A stretch of DNA of 64,000 nt from the human T2T-CHM13v2.0 reference genome, Homo sapiens, in the NCBI RefSeq assembly GCF_009914755.1, contig NC_060930.1; one strand, given 5' to 3'. Shown in pieces: positions 1 through 61,356 of this stretch. A program made the translations under genes and the position numbers. Within the stretch, counting starts at the first letter, position 1. Each line of letters begins with the position of its first letter. Under the pieces are notes generated by a model. It saw only the letters and a list, made by a program, of their open reading frames with translations, ran no database searches and was not told the DNA's origin.

Positions 1-834
1 ATCATAGCCCTGAAAGTGTTTTCAGTTTAGAGTGGACATGGTAAATTACTTCCTCTCTTTTCTAAGACATAAAAGATTTTTTGAGTTTTTAACAGAGGGC
101 TCTCCTACTCTGAGTGGTTTCACTGGTGAATGGTAAGCTACTTTACTATGACCTTTTTAAATATTCAGCATATTACCTGACCCAGAACAACATTTCTGAG
201 ATCTGAACTGCAGTCTTCTCTTGCATACTAGTTGTCACTGTAAATACACATGTAAAATCATACCAGGGTAAGCTACAACCCAGACAAACCATGAGCCTAT
301 AAAATAGAAGGCTAAACCATAACCTGCTTTTCGAGACCCCCCCTACAGCCCTAAGAACTATCCAAGTAACCTGACAGTAGGAAAATCCACCTTAGGTGTG
401 CCCAGGCATGATAATCCCAAAGACATAAATGGAGCAAAATAGGTTTTAAAGAATTCTTGCAACACTGAAGACTAGGAGCTAAGAAGAGTCTAAATAACCA
501 TGCTCAGTGCCCAACCACCTGAAAAGTGGACTCCAGGGAAATTTTGTTGTTGTTATCCACCCCGCCCCAAGGGAAACATTTTATCTTTAATATTCAGGAG
601 CAATAATAAAATATTTTGGCCACTGTTCTTCAAGGATTCCACAAGGCACTTAATTCTCATGTCAGGCTTTCTGAAATGCTTGCCCTGGAAAGTGTCACTT
701 GATGGCTCACACACTCCTTGAGGATTAGGTGCTGACCCTAATTAGGCACAGGCAGAAATAGTTCAGGAATCCACATGCTCAGATTCATAACTATACTTTT
801 TGTAAAAAATAAAAACATATAAAAAATGCCTTCT

Positions 835-1137
835 GGCTGGACAAGGTGGCTCACGCCTGTAATCCCAGCACTTTGAGAGGCTGAGTTGCGTAGATCGATT
901 GAGGTCAGGGGCTGGAGACCAGCCTGGGCAACATGGTGAAACCCTATCTCTACTAAAAATACAAAAATTAGCCAGGAGTGGTGGCTCGCGCCTGCAGTCC
1001 CAGCTACTCGGGAGGCTGAGGCATAAGAATTGCTAGATCCCAGGAGAAGCTGCAGTGAGCTGAGATCGCACTGCTGCACCCAGATCTCCCCAGCCTGGGC
1101 AAGAGAGACTGTCTCAAAAAAAAAAAAAAAAAAAAAA
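835..1137 (+). mobile_element. Alu
   Basis: Dimeric Alu consensus with A-tail. Confidence 0.95.
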
Positions 1138-2608
1138 GGCCTTCTAGTGATCCTCAGAAATCCAAAAACCAGACAACTATGGCTTCCACTTCCATTTTTC
1201 AGATATCCATTATAATACTATTTGACCTCAAAGTGAATTTTATTGTTCCACACAAGCAACAGATTACACCAATTTCACAACTCCCAGAATCCAAACCTAC
1301 AAAGACCCTTCCCACCAAGCACTTTACCAAAAACGGGCTTCATCTCCATCTTCCTTTCTTTCACAGTTGAAAAACTGCCCTTCCTAATTAAGCCAACCAA
1401 CTTCTTACCTCAATAAAATCCTTGTTTTTCAGTAGCACGTACAGTATTTCCAGTGATGAATAGTGAACTGTCTTTCGTCTCACACAGTAACCTCCGTGAA
1501 GAAGATCCACCTTGTTCTTTACTGTAGATTCCTGGCATGCTAACTGCATCCTCAGACAATTTTAAGTGACTGAAAACTCAGGCAAAGAAAGGCAAGAGGG
1601 CAAATAGAAGGGCACAGGAGACAACGCTTTTCAAATTTTTCTCACTGCGACCTACAGAAACACACTGTAGAACACCTCCTAGTACACTCACACGTGTGTG
1701 TACACCTGAAGTGTCAAGAAACAATACCCTAAGTGCAACACCCTCTGATATTTTCTATTTCAAGTGGCCGTGATCTACTAAACTGATTTCCAACTCACCA
1801 ATAGGATTCAGTTTGAAAAACACTGCAATAAATCAAACCTTACAGTTGCATTCCACAAGCTACTAATGAACTCTTGAAAATCCAGCATACAGCAGAGACG
1901 CTGACCAACTACAAGATCCAAACCCCCCAGGTGGGCAGTGTCCTTCTGTTCAGCAGTGGCAGTTCCCCACCACCACCAGCCCTGAGAGTTAATTATCTCC
2001 CAAACTCCCAGAGTTTCCCAAGTAGCCTGAGGTGTCTGTCATATGCCCTTTTAACCTCTTTATAAATTCAGTCCCGTCCGTCTCTTACGGTGGCAAAGTT
2101 CATTTATCGTCGGCTGTGGAAAGCAATACTTCCTTTTTGTCCCCTCCAGGAACCAGAAATTAAATGACCAGGTTGGTGCCCGTTGTGCCTTTATGATCTA
2201 TTTGTGTGGGTGATATATAGAAAGAGTCTCAGTCTCTCCCTTCATCTTTCCAGTCTTAATCACTGGTAGATGCAGTCTCTGGTGAAATAAGAAACCAGGG
2301 AACCCCCTGGCCTGGGGGAGGGCGCACTCATCAGCGTTGACAGAGTGAAAGCAAAAACTCAATCCTCACACCACAGAGGCGTCTGGCTAACTCATCTCCA
2401 GACCTAAGTTGGGAAAGGGGAGGGGAGCGCGGAAAGCGGAGAAGCCGGAGGAGACGCTCCGGAGTGACCAGCGACGGCTGAACGCAGCCCGCCCTCCCCA
2501 AGTCGACGCCGCAACCCGGGGAAAGCAGGTGAGCGCCGGCCACGGACTTGGGGGTCGCAGAAGCAGCCCACGGAGAGCGGAAGGGAGGAGGATCCGGGTA
2601 AGGGGCCT

Positions 2609-2670
2609 CCCCTCCCCGTCGGGACCCCCCTCCCCGTCGGGACCCCCCCCTCCCCGTCGGGACCCCTCCC
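2609..2670. repeat. 3x ~18-20 bp GC-rich tandem repeat (CCCCTCCCCGTCGGGACCC)
   Basis: Three copies differing in C-run length. Confidence 0.85.
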
Positions 2671-2799
2671 ACTGACGCTCTGCCTCCCACTCTGGCCTCT
2701 CCTCACTCACCCCGGGGAGTGGGCCTCCCCTACTGCAGAGAAAGGAAGAGGAGAAGGAGGGAATGAGGACTTAACGCCCACCCCTGCCCCCCACCATAC

Positions 2800-2908
2800 C
2801 GCTCTCGCCGCCCGGGAAAATCCCGCCGCGGGCCCCACCAGCCAAGCGCCGCCTTCGCCCCACGCGGCCTCTTCCTAGCGCCTGCGCGCCAGGCCCAGCC
2901 CGGCGGAC
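2800..2908 (-). other. MRPL14: Probable non-coding first exon of MRPL14 (5' end approximate)
   Basis: Minus-strand donor GCG|GTATGG at 2800/2799 in the island; identity rests on the known head-to-head arrangement with TMEM63B, no MRPL14 coding sequence is in the window. Confidence 0.5.
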
Positions 2909-3009
2909 GCGATCTGAGAGTGCGCGCGCACCTTGCGTGCGCCGGCGTGCGGGGCGGGACCTGCGGGGCTCCGCCCCCTCCCCCTCCCTCCCCCCGCTCC
3001 CCCTCCCCC

Positions 3010-3134
3010 ATACACTGCCGCGGCCGCCGCAGGAGCCCGGAGCTCGAGCCGCCCAGCGACTCCCCCTCCCCCTCCCCCAGCCCCGCCCCGCCCCAACCCG
3101 GGGCTCCGAGCCGGAGCCGAGTCTGCGCCTGGGG
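3010..3134 (+). other. TMEM63B: Probable non-coding first exon of TMEM63B (5' end approximate)
   Basis: Donor GGG|GTGAGT at 3134/3135; other candidate donors at 2528, 2597, 3322, 3454, 3636. Confidence 0.6.
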
Positions 3135-4560
3135 GTGAGTACGCGACCCCTACCCAGCCCTCGCTCTTTTCTTCGAAGATCCCACCACCACCCAAAGAAA
3201 AAACCTGGACTCAGCTGCGCGTCCCCTCCCTTCAACCTCCTGCGGGACCCAGAGGTGCCCGGGCCCGCGGGACCCAGGGGTGGCGCGCGCTGCCCCCAAC
3301 CCCGCACCATCCCGAGCCAAATGTGAGTCCTCCAACCCCTGCCGGAGGTCCAGATACGCGCCGCCGGCTCTCCCCAGCCCCGGGGAGATCCCAAAGGGTG
3401 GGACCCCCGCCCCCGGCCCCCGAGTGCCACTCTTCTCCCACCTGCCCGGTGCAGGTGCGCGTCCCCTGCGCGACCCTCGGGGGTGCCAGCTGCGCCCCGC
3501 CTGTCCGCCGCCGTTTGGGGAACTAGCCGCCCCCGCCCCCGAGTTTTGGACCCCGGGGTCGCCAAGTCCGATGCCTTCTGTGCCTTTTATTTTTTCTGCT
3601 GCTCCCGGGGGCGAGTACACCCGAAGCCGGTCCGGGGTAAGGGCTCGGGCTCGGGCAAGGGCAGGGTTCGCAGGTGCTGGCACGAGGCCGGCCGCTGCCC
3701 CCGGCTCTGGGGACTGACTGGTCGGCGGGCTGAAGAGGCGGCCGGCCCCGGGAGCGTGTCCTCTCCTTGCGCCCCACACAGTGCAGTTCATTCATGAGCC
3801 GCCCGGGCCTGCGTTGGAGGGTGCGGTGGGGAAAAGATTCAGACGCGAAACCGAGAGTGGGGCAAAGGCCCTGTTGTGGGGAGGGGGCGCCGCTTTGTCC
3901 CTCCTGGCTGTCTTGACCGCCTAAGGCGGACAGTCCCAAAGCTTGGCACCTTGTTCCCCAGAAAAGGAAAGGACGCTTGGGAAGTGGGGAGGAGAGGTCA
4001 GAGGGGCTGGCTGCCCTTGGGGCGCTGTGCTGCCCCCTGCCTGGGTCCCCTGGGCAGAGGTCTGGCCGCTCGGGGCAAGCCTGAGCACTCCACCGCCCTG
4101 GGGGGCTGGGGCTTGCCTACCCATTACCAGTCTGCAGCAGCCGGGGAGCAATGAGGCTGTGCCCAACACCTGCTGAAGAGGGGCCCATCCTGCCTCCCAG
4201 GCCAGGGTGAGGTGGGGAGTGGGAGTGTCAGCCAGGCTTCAAGTGGGGGTGTGCTGGCAGCGTGATTGTCCTCCAGGGCACCAGAGGGTCCAGGCCTTGG
4301 CATGCCCCAGGTGGCACATGCTGGGGCCTGCTGTTGGCTCACTCAGTGCAGTCTTGGCCTGTGGGTGGATGGGGACATGGCAAGGCAGAAGGCAGGCAGT
4401 GGGTAACTAAGAACCCCCTTGGACATCATTCAAGTTCTCTCCAAGTATAGCAGAGTCTTAGAGACCTGCGTTCAAATTCTAGCTCTACTATTCTTCAGCT
4501 GTGTGACCTTGACAAGTTACTTAACCTGTCTGAACCTCAGTTTTCATTAAAAAGTGTTTA

Positions 4561-4880
<320 letters not shown>

Positions 4881-5859
4881 TTACAAGTTTTATCATGGGA
4901 ATCAAACAAGGTAACAGAAGTAAAGAGCTTGGCATCCTTCCTGGTAATTGATCAATAATGGGTTATCATCTCTGAACTTCTGACCCATAACTCTCCCATG
5001 CCTCCACCTCCCAGGCTACCACAGATGGATGGGGTATGTTCAAAGAGTGAGAATATTCCCTGTCACTCAGTGGCAGAGTCCCTAACACAGTGTAAACCCT
5101 TAGGTCTAAATAAGAAGCCCAACCTGACTGAGGGGCTCTGTTATATTTCTATCATGTTACATTCTGTGTTTTTATCTTATTTTTGTTTTCACCAATTTTC
5201 TTTCTCTAAACCAACCCCTTTTATTCCATACCTTATTAATAACAATAACTAATTCCTAGAGCCCATTATATGCCTTGAACTATATTAAGAGCTTTACATA
5301 AGTCATCTTGTTTAATCCCCAGAACAACAACACAACTGGATTATTGTCCCATTTTACAAATGAAGAAACTGAGGCCCAGGGTGACTAAGTAATTTTCCCA
5401 GGTTAGAAGCCTGGTCTGTCACATCCTAGAGTCTGTGCTTTTAACCACCAGACTATGGTGCCTGTCCCCTATGCCTGCCTCAGAACCTGAAATCACAAAC
5501 CCAAGGCCTGAGTGGAGGGAAGCTACAAGCAAGAGGAAAGGCAAGCAGGTAGAAATAGGGTATGGCATTTCTCCAGTGTGGTAACTGACTGCCTCCGGCT
5601 CCCTGGTGGAAGTGGCTCTTGTTTGCAGATAACTCTGCAAAGTGCAGTGGTTAAGAGCATACACTCGAGCCAGGCAGCCTGGGTCCTTATCTGGGTCTAC
5701 CACAGACTGGCTGTGTGACCTTGAGCAGCTCATATACTCTCTCTGTATCTCAGTGTCCTCCTGGGGTTGTGATGGGGAGCAAATGAGTTACATTTGTAAA
5801 GTGCTTAGAACAGTGCTTGGCACAAAAGAAGAGTTAAATAAACATTTAATACTATTATT

Positions 5860-6672
<813 letters not shown>

Positions 6673-6910
6673 ACCTACTACTACTTTTATGCTCACTTGT
6701 GGATATATTCTTGCCTTTCTCTCTGAAGTGGGTAGGGGTAGAGTAAGGATATTTGTATCTCTTTGTTACAGATTGGAAGACTGAGACTCAGGTTTCGTAG
6801 TAACAGAGCTCGCTTCCATCTTCCCCTCCTCCCCTCAGACCACATGGCCTTGCTTTGATCCAAAGCCCTAACTTAAATCTTGCCCAGTAACTCCACTGAA
6901 AAAGCTTATA

Positions 6911-7215
<305 letters not shown>

Positions 7216-10038
7216 TTATAGCTCTCCAACCCCCACCATGCACACACTCCTTAATGGTAAAATTAAAAAGTTAGCTAGAAATAAAATGCTCCATCACTCT
7301 CTGGACACACCTCAACCAAAACCTCAATATCAGACTAGAGAAACTGGGATATAGCTGGTGCAGGCACCTCGTGGAGTGGAAGAACTGCCACCTCCCATCC
7401 CCAAGGTATTCTGCCTCAATGTCTTCCCTCTTCTCAGTTGCTCAGCCCAGTGCTGGCTTTGAGAGCAGCTGCCCTTGATGAAACTCAACCCAGCAACCCC
7501 ACCCCCACAATTAAAAGCTTGGAGCAGCCCTGTCAACTGGCAGAGCTGCCAGCCCAGGCTCCACCCCTTACCTGTCCTGTCACTGTGCAAGTTGCTTCCC
7601 CTACTGGGTTCCTGCTTCCTCCCTGTAAAATGGGGATAGTGATCTGAGTGTGCCCTGCCTTCCTCCCATGCAGGTGGGAAGATTAATGCTGTTGTGGAGG
7701 GGAGAGTACTTTGTGACCCCAAGGAGGCGGACAGCAGAGGAGCATGGTGATTTCAGTTACTAACCATCTAGCTAGATCCTGTCCACCCTGCTGGGGCCAC
7801 TTCATGTAGAAGCTTCCAAAATGCTCTACCTTTCTTTGGTGTGGAGAAGACAGGAGTTGATAGGAATGGTACTCTGGGGCTTGTTCTCATTTCATTCTGA
7901 TCTGATGGAGCCTTGGAATTCAGAGAGAGAAACAGGCAAGGGGTGGGAATAGAGTGTTGAGATTGCTGGAGTACATTGGAGTTGAGAATTGAGAAAGGGG
8001 GACTAGTTAGAGTCCCCCCAACCCAAGATACCTATACCTACCTTTAACCTCCCATAGTGCCCCAGGGTTCTGTGCATCTTATGTTTACATACCCGGGCTC
8101 CCAGACACACCCATGTTCACACCCCCACTTCGAAGCCAACAACTCCCTTCATTTCCGTGGACTGCCATGCAGTCACCTAGCTCCTGGACACAGGTCCACA
8201 CATCAACACACATTTACATACCTGGACACACACATTTCCACAGCACCCACAGGTTCTCTGGCCTGAGAACATTTAATGAGCATTTATAAAGCTTCCATGG
8301 TCTGCCGAGTCCTGTTCTAGGAACATCAGAAAAGCACCGTGGTGCCCTGAAAATCATTCTAGCTTTAGAAAGAAGGTGAGCTAGGTTTGAGTCCTAGGTC
8401 CCTCATTTTATTAGCAGTGTGACCTTGGGAAAGTTACTTAACCTCTGAGGCCCTGTGCCCCCACCCTAAAATGTCAGTGACACTCAATTCAGGATCGTCG
8501 AGGATTAAATGAAATCATGTAATATATTATTCTTGAAACTGAGGGCACTGGACAAATGGTACCCAATACAATTACTAAATTAGTGTGTTTTTAAAGGCAG
8601 CTTGGACTGGAAAAGGAAGAGGCATAACACACCAGCACACACTCCTTTAGTCTTCCTAATCCAGGCTTTGCAGAGACTCCCTGGGACCAAGTGAAACACA
8701 TAAACAACTCCATCCTCCCCTCCATCTGAGGGCTTCTGCCTCTTGCCCTGTGGTTGAAGTGTTAGGAAGAGGCAGGAGAAACCCTCTGAGTCCCCCTGGG
8801 GGCTAAGGGATGCTGCTCCCGAAGTTGCAGTCACTGTTTCTAGTTTTGTTGTTCTCTTTGGTTTTCCTTTTTCTTCCCTGAGGACCTCCTCCCCTGCTCC
8901 ACAGCCCGCCCCCGAGGCAGAGCTTCAGTGTTGTCAGCAGAAGGGTCCCCCAGGGACCCCCCAGTAAAATGGGTGGGGCAGTGCTGCATCTGCTGAGGCC
9001 ACACTTCTCCGCTATCCTGGGATCCTCCCCAGGGCCCCACTCTGCTCTGTCCCCAAGCACTTTGAGAACCCAGGCACTCAGGCTGGCTGTCCCTTTTCTC
9101 CTCCTGCCCACCCCATCCACTCTGAGCATCAATGCAGCTGGCCAGTTGCAGGCAACCAGGCAGCACCCTGGCTGCCCAGGCAGGGTAAGAGGCCCCCACC
9201 CACTCCCCCCTCCTTTGCCAGTGGAAAAGCTTGCCGTAGGGCATAGCTTTCCCAGCCTTCTCTGCTTCAGAGGCAGGAGCATGGCACTCTGGGAGTTGTA
9301 GTGCTCATAACACTCAGGCGATCCCTGTGCAAATAACTGGAGAGAGGACTATGGTATGGGGAAGAGAAATGAGAATAAGCAGGAGTGGCTGGGGCCAGGC
9401 AGGTAACTCAAACCCAGAAGTCCTACTATTTACTTGACTTCCTACTCTGACCCATCGTCGAACCTAAGCCAGTTATATTGAGTTCAAAACTCTAACCAAA
9501 TGAAATCATGCCATTTTTTCTAATAGGCATAGAAAGAAAAGATCAGGATGAGGCAGCTGGCTCCTGACCCATTCTCCCCTGACGTGGAGACCCCTCATCT
9601 TACCCTTGAGTCCTCAGGCCTAAGACCCCTCCCTGTCTTCCCAGGCTCAGCTCCGCCCCCTGCCCTAAGACAGAGAGAATGAGAGTGTGGGGGTGGCGGC
9701 GGCAGGGGGGATTTAGATAGATGTTAGAAAATCACAGATACCTTCCAGCTTAATGAAACCAGCCTCCCCAGTCCAGGCCTGGCATCTAGACTGAGTTCCC
9801 CAGACCCAGGGTGGGGTCATAGCCAGAGAGCCAGTGAAGGTAAATCCATGTGACTCAACTCTCCCCTCCCTAGGCCCTTATCTCCAGAGGCCAGAGCTTC
9901 CATCCACCCAGGCAGCCTGGTGATCTGTCCTCACTGCCCCCTCCCCACGCCCACCCTACTGGGCCATGAAGGGGATGGGGGCAAGCCCAGCTGACTGCTC
10001 CACCCTCTGCCCAGGAGGACCATGCGGCAGTAGCAGCC

Positions 10039-30338
<20,300 letters not shown>

Positions 30339-30950
30339 GGGGAGGGAGGGGCCCTGGAGGCCACATCCTGCCCCACCCCACCCCCACTCCCACGGACACT
30401 AAAACGCTAATAATTTATTAGATCTAAAGCCCCTTCCTCCCCAGCCCCTGCTTTCATTAAGGTATTTAAACTTGGGGGTTTCACTGCTCTCCCCCATGAT
30501 GGAGGGAGGGAGCCCCCCAACCTCAGTGAGGAGAGCCCCGAGCCGGCCCCGGGGCAAAGAGGGGTGCAGAGGGAGTTCCCCCAGATCAGTACCCCCCACC
30601 CCTCCCCAGCTAGTAGCATGACCAGGAGAGGGTTAATGAGAGCCAAGAGGAGTACCTGGTGCACCTGGTGCCGGTGGCTGGAGACCTGGGGGGCAGGTGG
30701 ATCTGGGGCTGTTCCCCCCCCTCCGTTTTTTCCACCCCACAGTTCCTCCTGGGATCTGGCCCTCCAGGGAAGTGGAGCCTCCAGCCCCTAGGGGATGCAT
30801 GAGGGGGGAGGGGGTGCTGAGTGGGAGGAAGAGTCAGGCTCACAGCTGGGGTGGCCTGGGGGTGGGGGTGGGCAAGGCTGACACTGGAAAATGGGTTTTT
30901 GCACTGTTTTTTTTTTGGTTTTTTTGTTCTTTTTTGTTTTTTTCCTTTAA

Positions 30951-30956
30951 AATAAA
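30951..30956 (+). terminator. TMEM63B polyadenylation signal AATAAA
   Basis: ~610 nt after the stop codon, preceded by a long U-rich tract and followed by GU-rich sequence. Confidence 0.85.
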
Positions 30957-31319
30957 AACAAAGAAAAGCTCTGAGGCAGGTGTCTGACTTGTGCTGCCCT
31001 GGGCACCTGGGCCGGGTCCCCACCCTCCTATCTGGAGGGCCTCTTTGAGGTCCCTGCATGACGCTGGGCAAGGGACTTGTTCAGAGTCTCATTTCTGTGT
31101 CACTGAGAGGAGAGAGTGGGGCTGGGGAGAGACTTAAGGGATATCTCAGAGGCAGGAAGGGCCCCTGTGCCCAGGTGGCCACCATACCAGCCTCGCCCAC
31201 TCTGATCATTCCCCTGAGTCCCTGAGCAACACACATGGGACAGAGATTCAGGGAGAAAAGGTCGTGCAAAGCCACAGGGTCCATGCTGGGCCAGGACGAA
31301 GGCCCTTCTGAGCACCTCA

Positions 31320-31895
<576 letters not shown>

Positions 31896-32853
31896 TCACT
31901 TTGCAACCCTGAAGAAAAGGAAGAAAAAGGAACTCTTAGAGGGAAGAAAAGAGACCTCAGAGGAGGAGGAGAACCAGGTTCCACAAAAGTCAACAGGAAC
32001 CACCAACAGCAGGAACAGCAAACACAGCAAGCCTGATAAAGATTGCCCAGGCGCCAGCAAGGAGCAGGAGCAAAGAGCGCCCAAGGTCCAGCCCCAGGCT
32101 GCAGGGAGCTGCGGCAAACACAGCTTGGAGGGTCAGTGTTTATGGGCGGGCTGTGGGTGGAGGATGGGCCAGTGACAGTGGAGGTGAAAGTTGAGGCCTT
32201 GGTCCTGGCCTCAGCCTGCATATGTATGTCAGATCTGCAGTTGTGAAACATGAGCTCCCAGGTAGAGTCCCCAAAGTCTTGGGGCCAAGGGAGTGCCTGC
32301 TGGTGGTTGGACAAATATTGGCATGGCTTTGAAAGGAGCACCTTGGTTGTGTGAAGGCTTCTCGGTGCTCCCGAAGCCTGTTTTCCGTATGGATGGGCAG
32401 GCACACCACCGCCATTTGCCTGGCAAGCCCCCTTGTCTGCAAAGCATGGCCTGGACAGACCTCAGCCCCCACCTCTGGTTAGCCGAGACCCTCTCATTCC
32501 TCATCTGCCCAGCATGCCTTCCCTTTCCTGCAGGGCCTGAAGTTCAAAGCCAGGTTCCAGCATTTCCAAATGTGAAACTCCAGATAATGCCCAAGCAGCA
32601 CACTGAGCAAGAGTCCTGAGGACAGCCCTCCCCCAGGGTGGGAGGCTGTAATAGAGAGGAACACCCGTGCCTGCCTGCACCCTACCCCTGGCACCTCGTC
32701 ACAGAGTTCATGTCCAGGCAGATCACATTAGAGGCATCCAAGAGGTGCAATAGTGGAATCAGGAGTGGGCAGGGGAGACCACAGGATCCCCAAAGACCAC
32801 TTCCTCCTTTCACAGCTGGGGGCAGCAGAAGATACGGATAAGAGCTAAAGTTA

Positions 32854-33165
<312 letters not shown>

Positions 33166-33687
33166 TTATTAGTTTAAATCCTGGCTCGACCGCTTAACAG
33201 CTGTGTGACCCTGGGCAAGTTGCATCATACCTCTAGACCTCACTTTCCTCATCTATAAAATGGGAATAGCAATGTCATGGCCTCTGGCTGTTTTAAGGAT
33301 TAAATAAGTAGGAAGTTCTTAGCCCAGTGTTTGGCACATAATAACAAACCATAATTAATATTCTCGTAGATGAGGAGATTGAGTCCCAGAAAGGAGAAAG
33401 GGGGAGGGCTCGCCCAAGGTCAGCTCCTGTTTCAGAGCTTGGAACAAGGTTCTCTGATCCCATTGGGTGCTCTCACACCTGTTCTGTGCCTGATTAGCAC
33501 CAGGCAGGGCTGAGGGGCACTGGGATGACCTTGACAGTCCCTGTCCTCAGCCATCATACACTCCAGAGAAGACTGCACTCTGGAGCAGAGTTCTTAGCTC
33601 AAAGCATTCCCACTTTCCAGTGCAGAGGCAGGACATGTGGTCAGACCAGTGGCCTAACCTTGCCAGACTGGGGCTAGGCAAGGAGAG

Positions 33688-33925
33688 TGTTGCAGGTGGA
33701 ATCGTGTCCCCCAAAAAGGCATGTTGAAGTCCTGGCCCCCAGTACTTCAGAATGTGACCTCATTTGGAAACAGGGTGGTTGCAGATGTAATTCGTTCAAT
33801 TAAGATGAGGTCATACTGAAATGCATGGGACCCTAGCCCCATATGACTGGTGTCCTTATAAGAAGAAGAGACACAGAGGAGGGTGCCATGTGAAGACAGC
33901 AACACAGGAAAAATGCCATGTCAGT
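33688..33925 (+). mobile_element. MaLR LTR fragment (MLT1A-C-like)
   Basis: TGTGTCCCCCAAAA-like start, ...GAATGTGACCTCATTTGGAAACAGGG...GATGAGGTCATACTG...GACTGGTGTCCTTATAAGAAGA resembles the MLT1 consensus. Confidence 0.75.
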
Positions 33926-34303
33926 GAGAAAGGGGCTTTTGGGAATGAGAAGGCTTTCTGGATGTAAAGGTCAGGTTGGTGTGTCAGGGACAACCCCTTC
34001 CTGGAAACCTTGGGCTGAAAAAAAGGGACTGGGACCTACCCTGATGGGATGACCGTGATACAGTGAGGACAGCCAGGCTGGTGGAGGCTGTGCAAGGCAG
34101 GGGTGCTGGGTCATCTGTCCCTAAAGCGGGTAGCCCTCAGCTGGGTAAGGGGCTGGGTTACTGAGAAGGAGAAAAGGGAAGGCAGCTGTTAAACCGGCTG
34201 CTGACCTAGGAATCCCACTGCAATGAGAGAGTTCTGGGGGGAGGGTCTCTTCTCCCCCTCCCACCAGAACCTTCAACTGTCAAGCACCGAGCTAGCCACC
34301 AGC

Positions 34304-60092
<25,789 letters not shown>

Positions 60093-60538
60093 AGGCGCTG
60101 TAGGAGCCTGGTCATCTCTACCAGCAGCAGCAGCAGCGAGGTTCTAGCCCAGGAGGGTGGGGTGCTTCTTGTAGCCCTCAGCTCTCCGGTCTCTGCTGAT
60201 GAAATGGGCTCCAGGTGGCAGTGCCCGGGTCCCAGGTGCCGTGTTTACTGCAGCAGTGGGACCTCCGTGCCCACTCCCCCAGCTCAGAGGCTTTCTCTTT
60301 TTTCCCCAACCCGGCTTCTGATGGCTGGCTTTCCCCCACCATCGCTCTCTCAGAGTATATTTTACTAAAGAGTAGTTGATGCTTCCCCAGGGTCCCCCTG
60401 GCTGGGGAGGCCAAGAATAGGGAAGGGACTTGTAGCCCGTTTCTTACCCTCCATGCTTGCTGTCCTGCTCACACCTACCTGCTGACCACCCATCCTGGCA
60501 CAGCCTCTGTTTTCCTCCCCATCTGTGGATACTATTCT

Positions 60539-60544
60539 AATAAA
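60539..60544 (+). terminator. CAPN11 polyadenylation signal AATAAA
   Basis: ~450 nt after the stop codon, with a GU/U-rich element (TGTCTCTGTGTTTTT) downstream. Confidence 0.85.
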
Positions 60545-60839
60545 TAGCACATGCCATTGGCTTCCATGTCTCTGTGTTTTTATGCCAAGAAAAGACTGGC
60601 AAGGGTGGAAGTCACTTACCCAGGACCAAAGGATTGGGTAGCTCTCAGCCAAGGGTGATAGGGAGCATATAGAAATGTGCAGTTGTCACAATAACTAGAG
60701 GCCATAGTTGGCGTTTATGGGCAGTGCCAGATGCTAAGCACACAAGTCCCTCCCTGTGAAGAACTGTGTGGTGTGCCCTATGGTGGAGCGCTTCTACGGG
60801 GGCTGAGCCAGGGCTCCAGGACTCTCATCTGCTGCTTCA

Positions 60840-61230
<391 letters not shown>

Positions 61231-61356
61231 ATGAACAAATCCTCCTCGTGTGGGACTGGGAAGGCTGAGGACTGTGGCAATAGGTGAACTCGTTCCTGCC
61301 TTAAAGGTGTTCAGATTCAAATCATTATTATTATTGTTAGAAATTTGTTGCCTGTC

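Larger units (their letters stand above)
2330..3900. promoter_or_regulatory. CpG island / bidirectional promoter (TMEM63B on +, MRPL14 on -)
   Basis: Very high GC and CpG density; GC boxes (GGGGCGGG 2951-2958), NRF1-type GCGCCTGCGC 2878-2887, palindrome TGCGCGCGCA 2921-2930; splice donors on both strands. Confidence 0.9.

Noticed and set aside
1200-2000. Unique, UTR-like stretch with minus-strand AATAAA (1239-1244) and an imperfect palindrome around CACGTG (1682-1703)
   Set aside because: No ORF, tail/TSD pair or good downstream GU element; cannot support a pseudogene or terminal exon without BLAST and 3'-seq
2331-4450. Many long overlapping ORFs (up to 264 aa) on both strands
   Set aside because: Gly/Arg/Pro-rich products expected from stop-poor CpG island DNA; no recognisable domain
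8830-9405. Possible extra TMEM63B 5' exon (pyrimidine tract ~8835-8880, donor CAG|GTAACT ~9402)
   Set aside because: Tract ends in a weak GAG and the implied exon is over 500 nt; no further support
60122-60136. (CAG)5 in the CAPN11 3' UTR
   Set aside because: Too short to be unstable or meaningful
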